DNA of 64,000 nucleotides from Nitrospira sp. (GTDB taxonomy: Bacteria > Nitrospirota > Nitrospiria > Nitrospirales > Nitrospiraceae). The notes under the pieces are model-generated. The model saw nothing but the letters and a program-made list of their open reading frames with translations, searched no databases and had not been told where the DNA came from. The position numbers and the translations under genes were made by a program. Positions 63,538-64,000 of this stretch are shown piece by piece. Position 1 is the first letter of the stretch, and each line of letters starts with the position of its first letter. The stretch is from NCBI GenBank assembly GCA_047150005.1, contig AP038806.1, forward strand, positions 2,944,001-3,008,000. The letters are read 5' to 3'.

Positions 63538-64000
63538 ATGCTCTTCACACGGTTGTCGTTCGCAGTGCGGTCGCTCTTGGAATCAGAGCCCAGGTTGGCA
63601 GTGCCGGCACCGGTTTCTTGTCGGCGGACGGGACGCAGGCTTGCGCGAATTCGAGACGCGGGTTCGACGACGCTGGTCGCGCTGTCTCTGCTGCTTCCTC
63701 TGTTCTTGGTGGGGCTGCCGTTCCAGGCTGAGGGTGCGGATCGTTCCGAGCCTAATTCGTCGAAACTCAGAAAGACGGTCGCGGCAGGGTTCGGGGTGCA
63801 AACGGCCGAATCGTCGATGATTACCGTCAAGACGTATGATGCGGAGTCCGGCGAAATCCTCTCCGATGAATCCTATGAGCTCGACATCAAGGAAGATCGA
63901 CCGACCACCTCTCCACAGTCGCAGGAACGCATCGTTGCCGGAGGGGTCGGGATCGGGGCCGATGGGCTTTCGGAATTCATGCTTCGTGTCTATGACGCCG
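63538..64000 (+). CDS. Exported protein, partial (runs off the window)
   Basis: AGGAGG SD, open frame MLFTRLSF...LRVYDA with a hydrophobic stretch. Confidence 0.55.
   Translation, partial: MLFTRLSFAVRSLLESEPRLAVPAPVSCRRTGRRLARIRDAGSTTLVALSLLLPLFLVGLPFQAEGADRSEPNSSKLRKTVAAGFGVQTAESSMITVKTYDAESGEILSDESYELDIKEDRPTTSPQSQERIVAGGVGIGADGLSEFMLRVYDA

Overview
GC-rich bacterial chromosomal segment, very probably Nitrospira (judged from the close resemblance of the chlorite dismutase to Nitrospira Cld; no search was run). In order: (1) a hopanoid transport/tailoring block (hpnM-, hpnN-, hpnO-like) with an embedded APS kinase and sulfotransferase; (2) secreted hydrolases (patatin, alpha/beta hydrolase, HtrA, DUF2844/DUF3443-like pair); (3) a decaying defence island with three toxin-antitoxin modules, IS481 and a PaeR7I/XhoI-like R-M system whose endonuclease is split by IS5; (4) two divergent GlnE-like genes, a hybrid kinase and regulator, groESL and rpoH; (5) a NarK-like transporter and ribBA-ribH-nusB-purB-cld-purC-purS-purQ-[IS5]-purL-purF; (6) a RiPP cluster at 49.7-58.7 kb; (7) redoxin, MBL-fold, TPR and methyltransferase genes. 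The RiPP cluster is the best candidate for a novel system. It has three unannotated 40-44 aa precursor genes with lasso-type leaders (YxxPxL...T-x), a lasso B2 peptidase, an RRE, an HPr-like kinase, a nucleotidyltransferase and an ABC exporter. No lasso cyclase is present in the window. The cluster instead holds two ATP-grasp proteins and a membrane di-iron hydroxylase, suggesting a lasso/graspetide hybrid pathway. All product calls come from motif recognition by eye.
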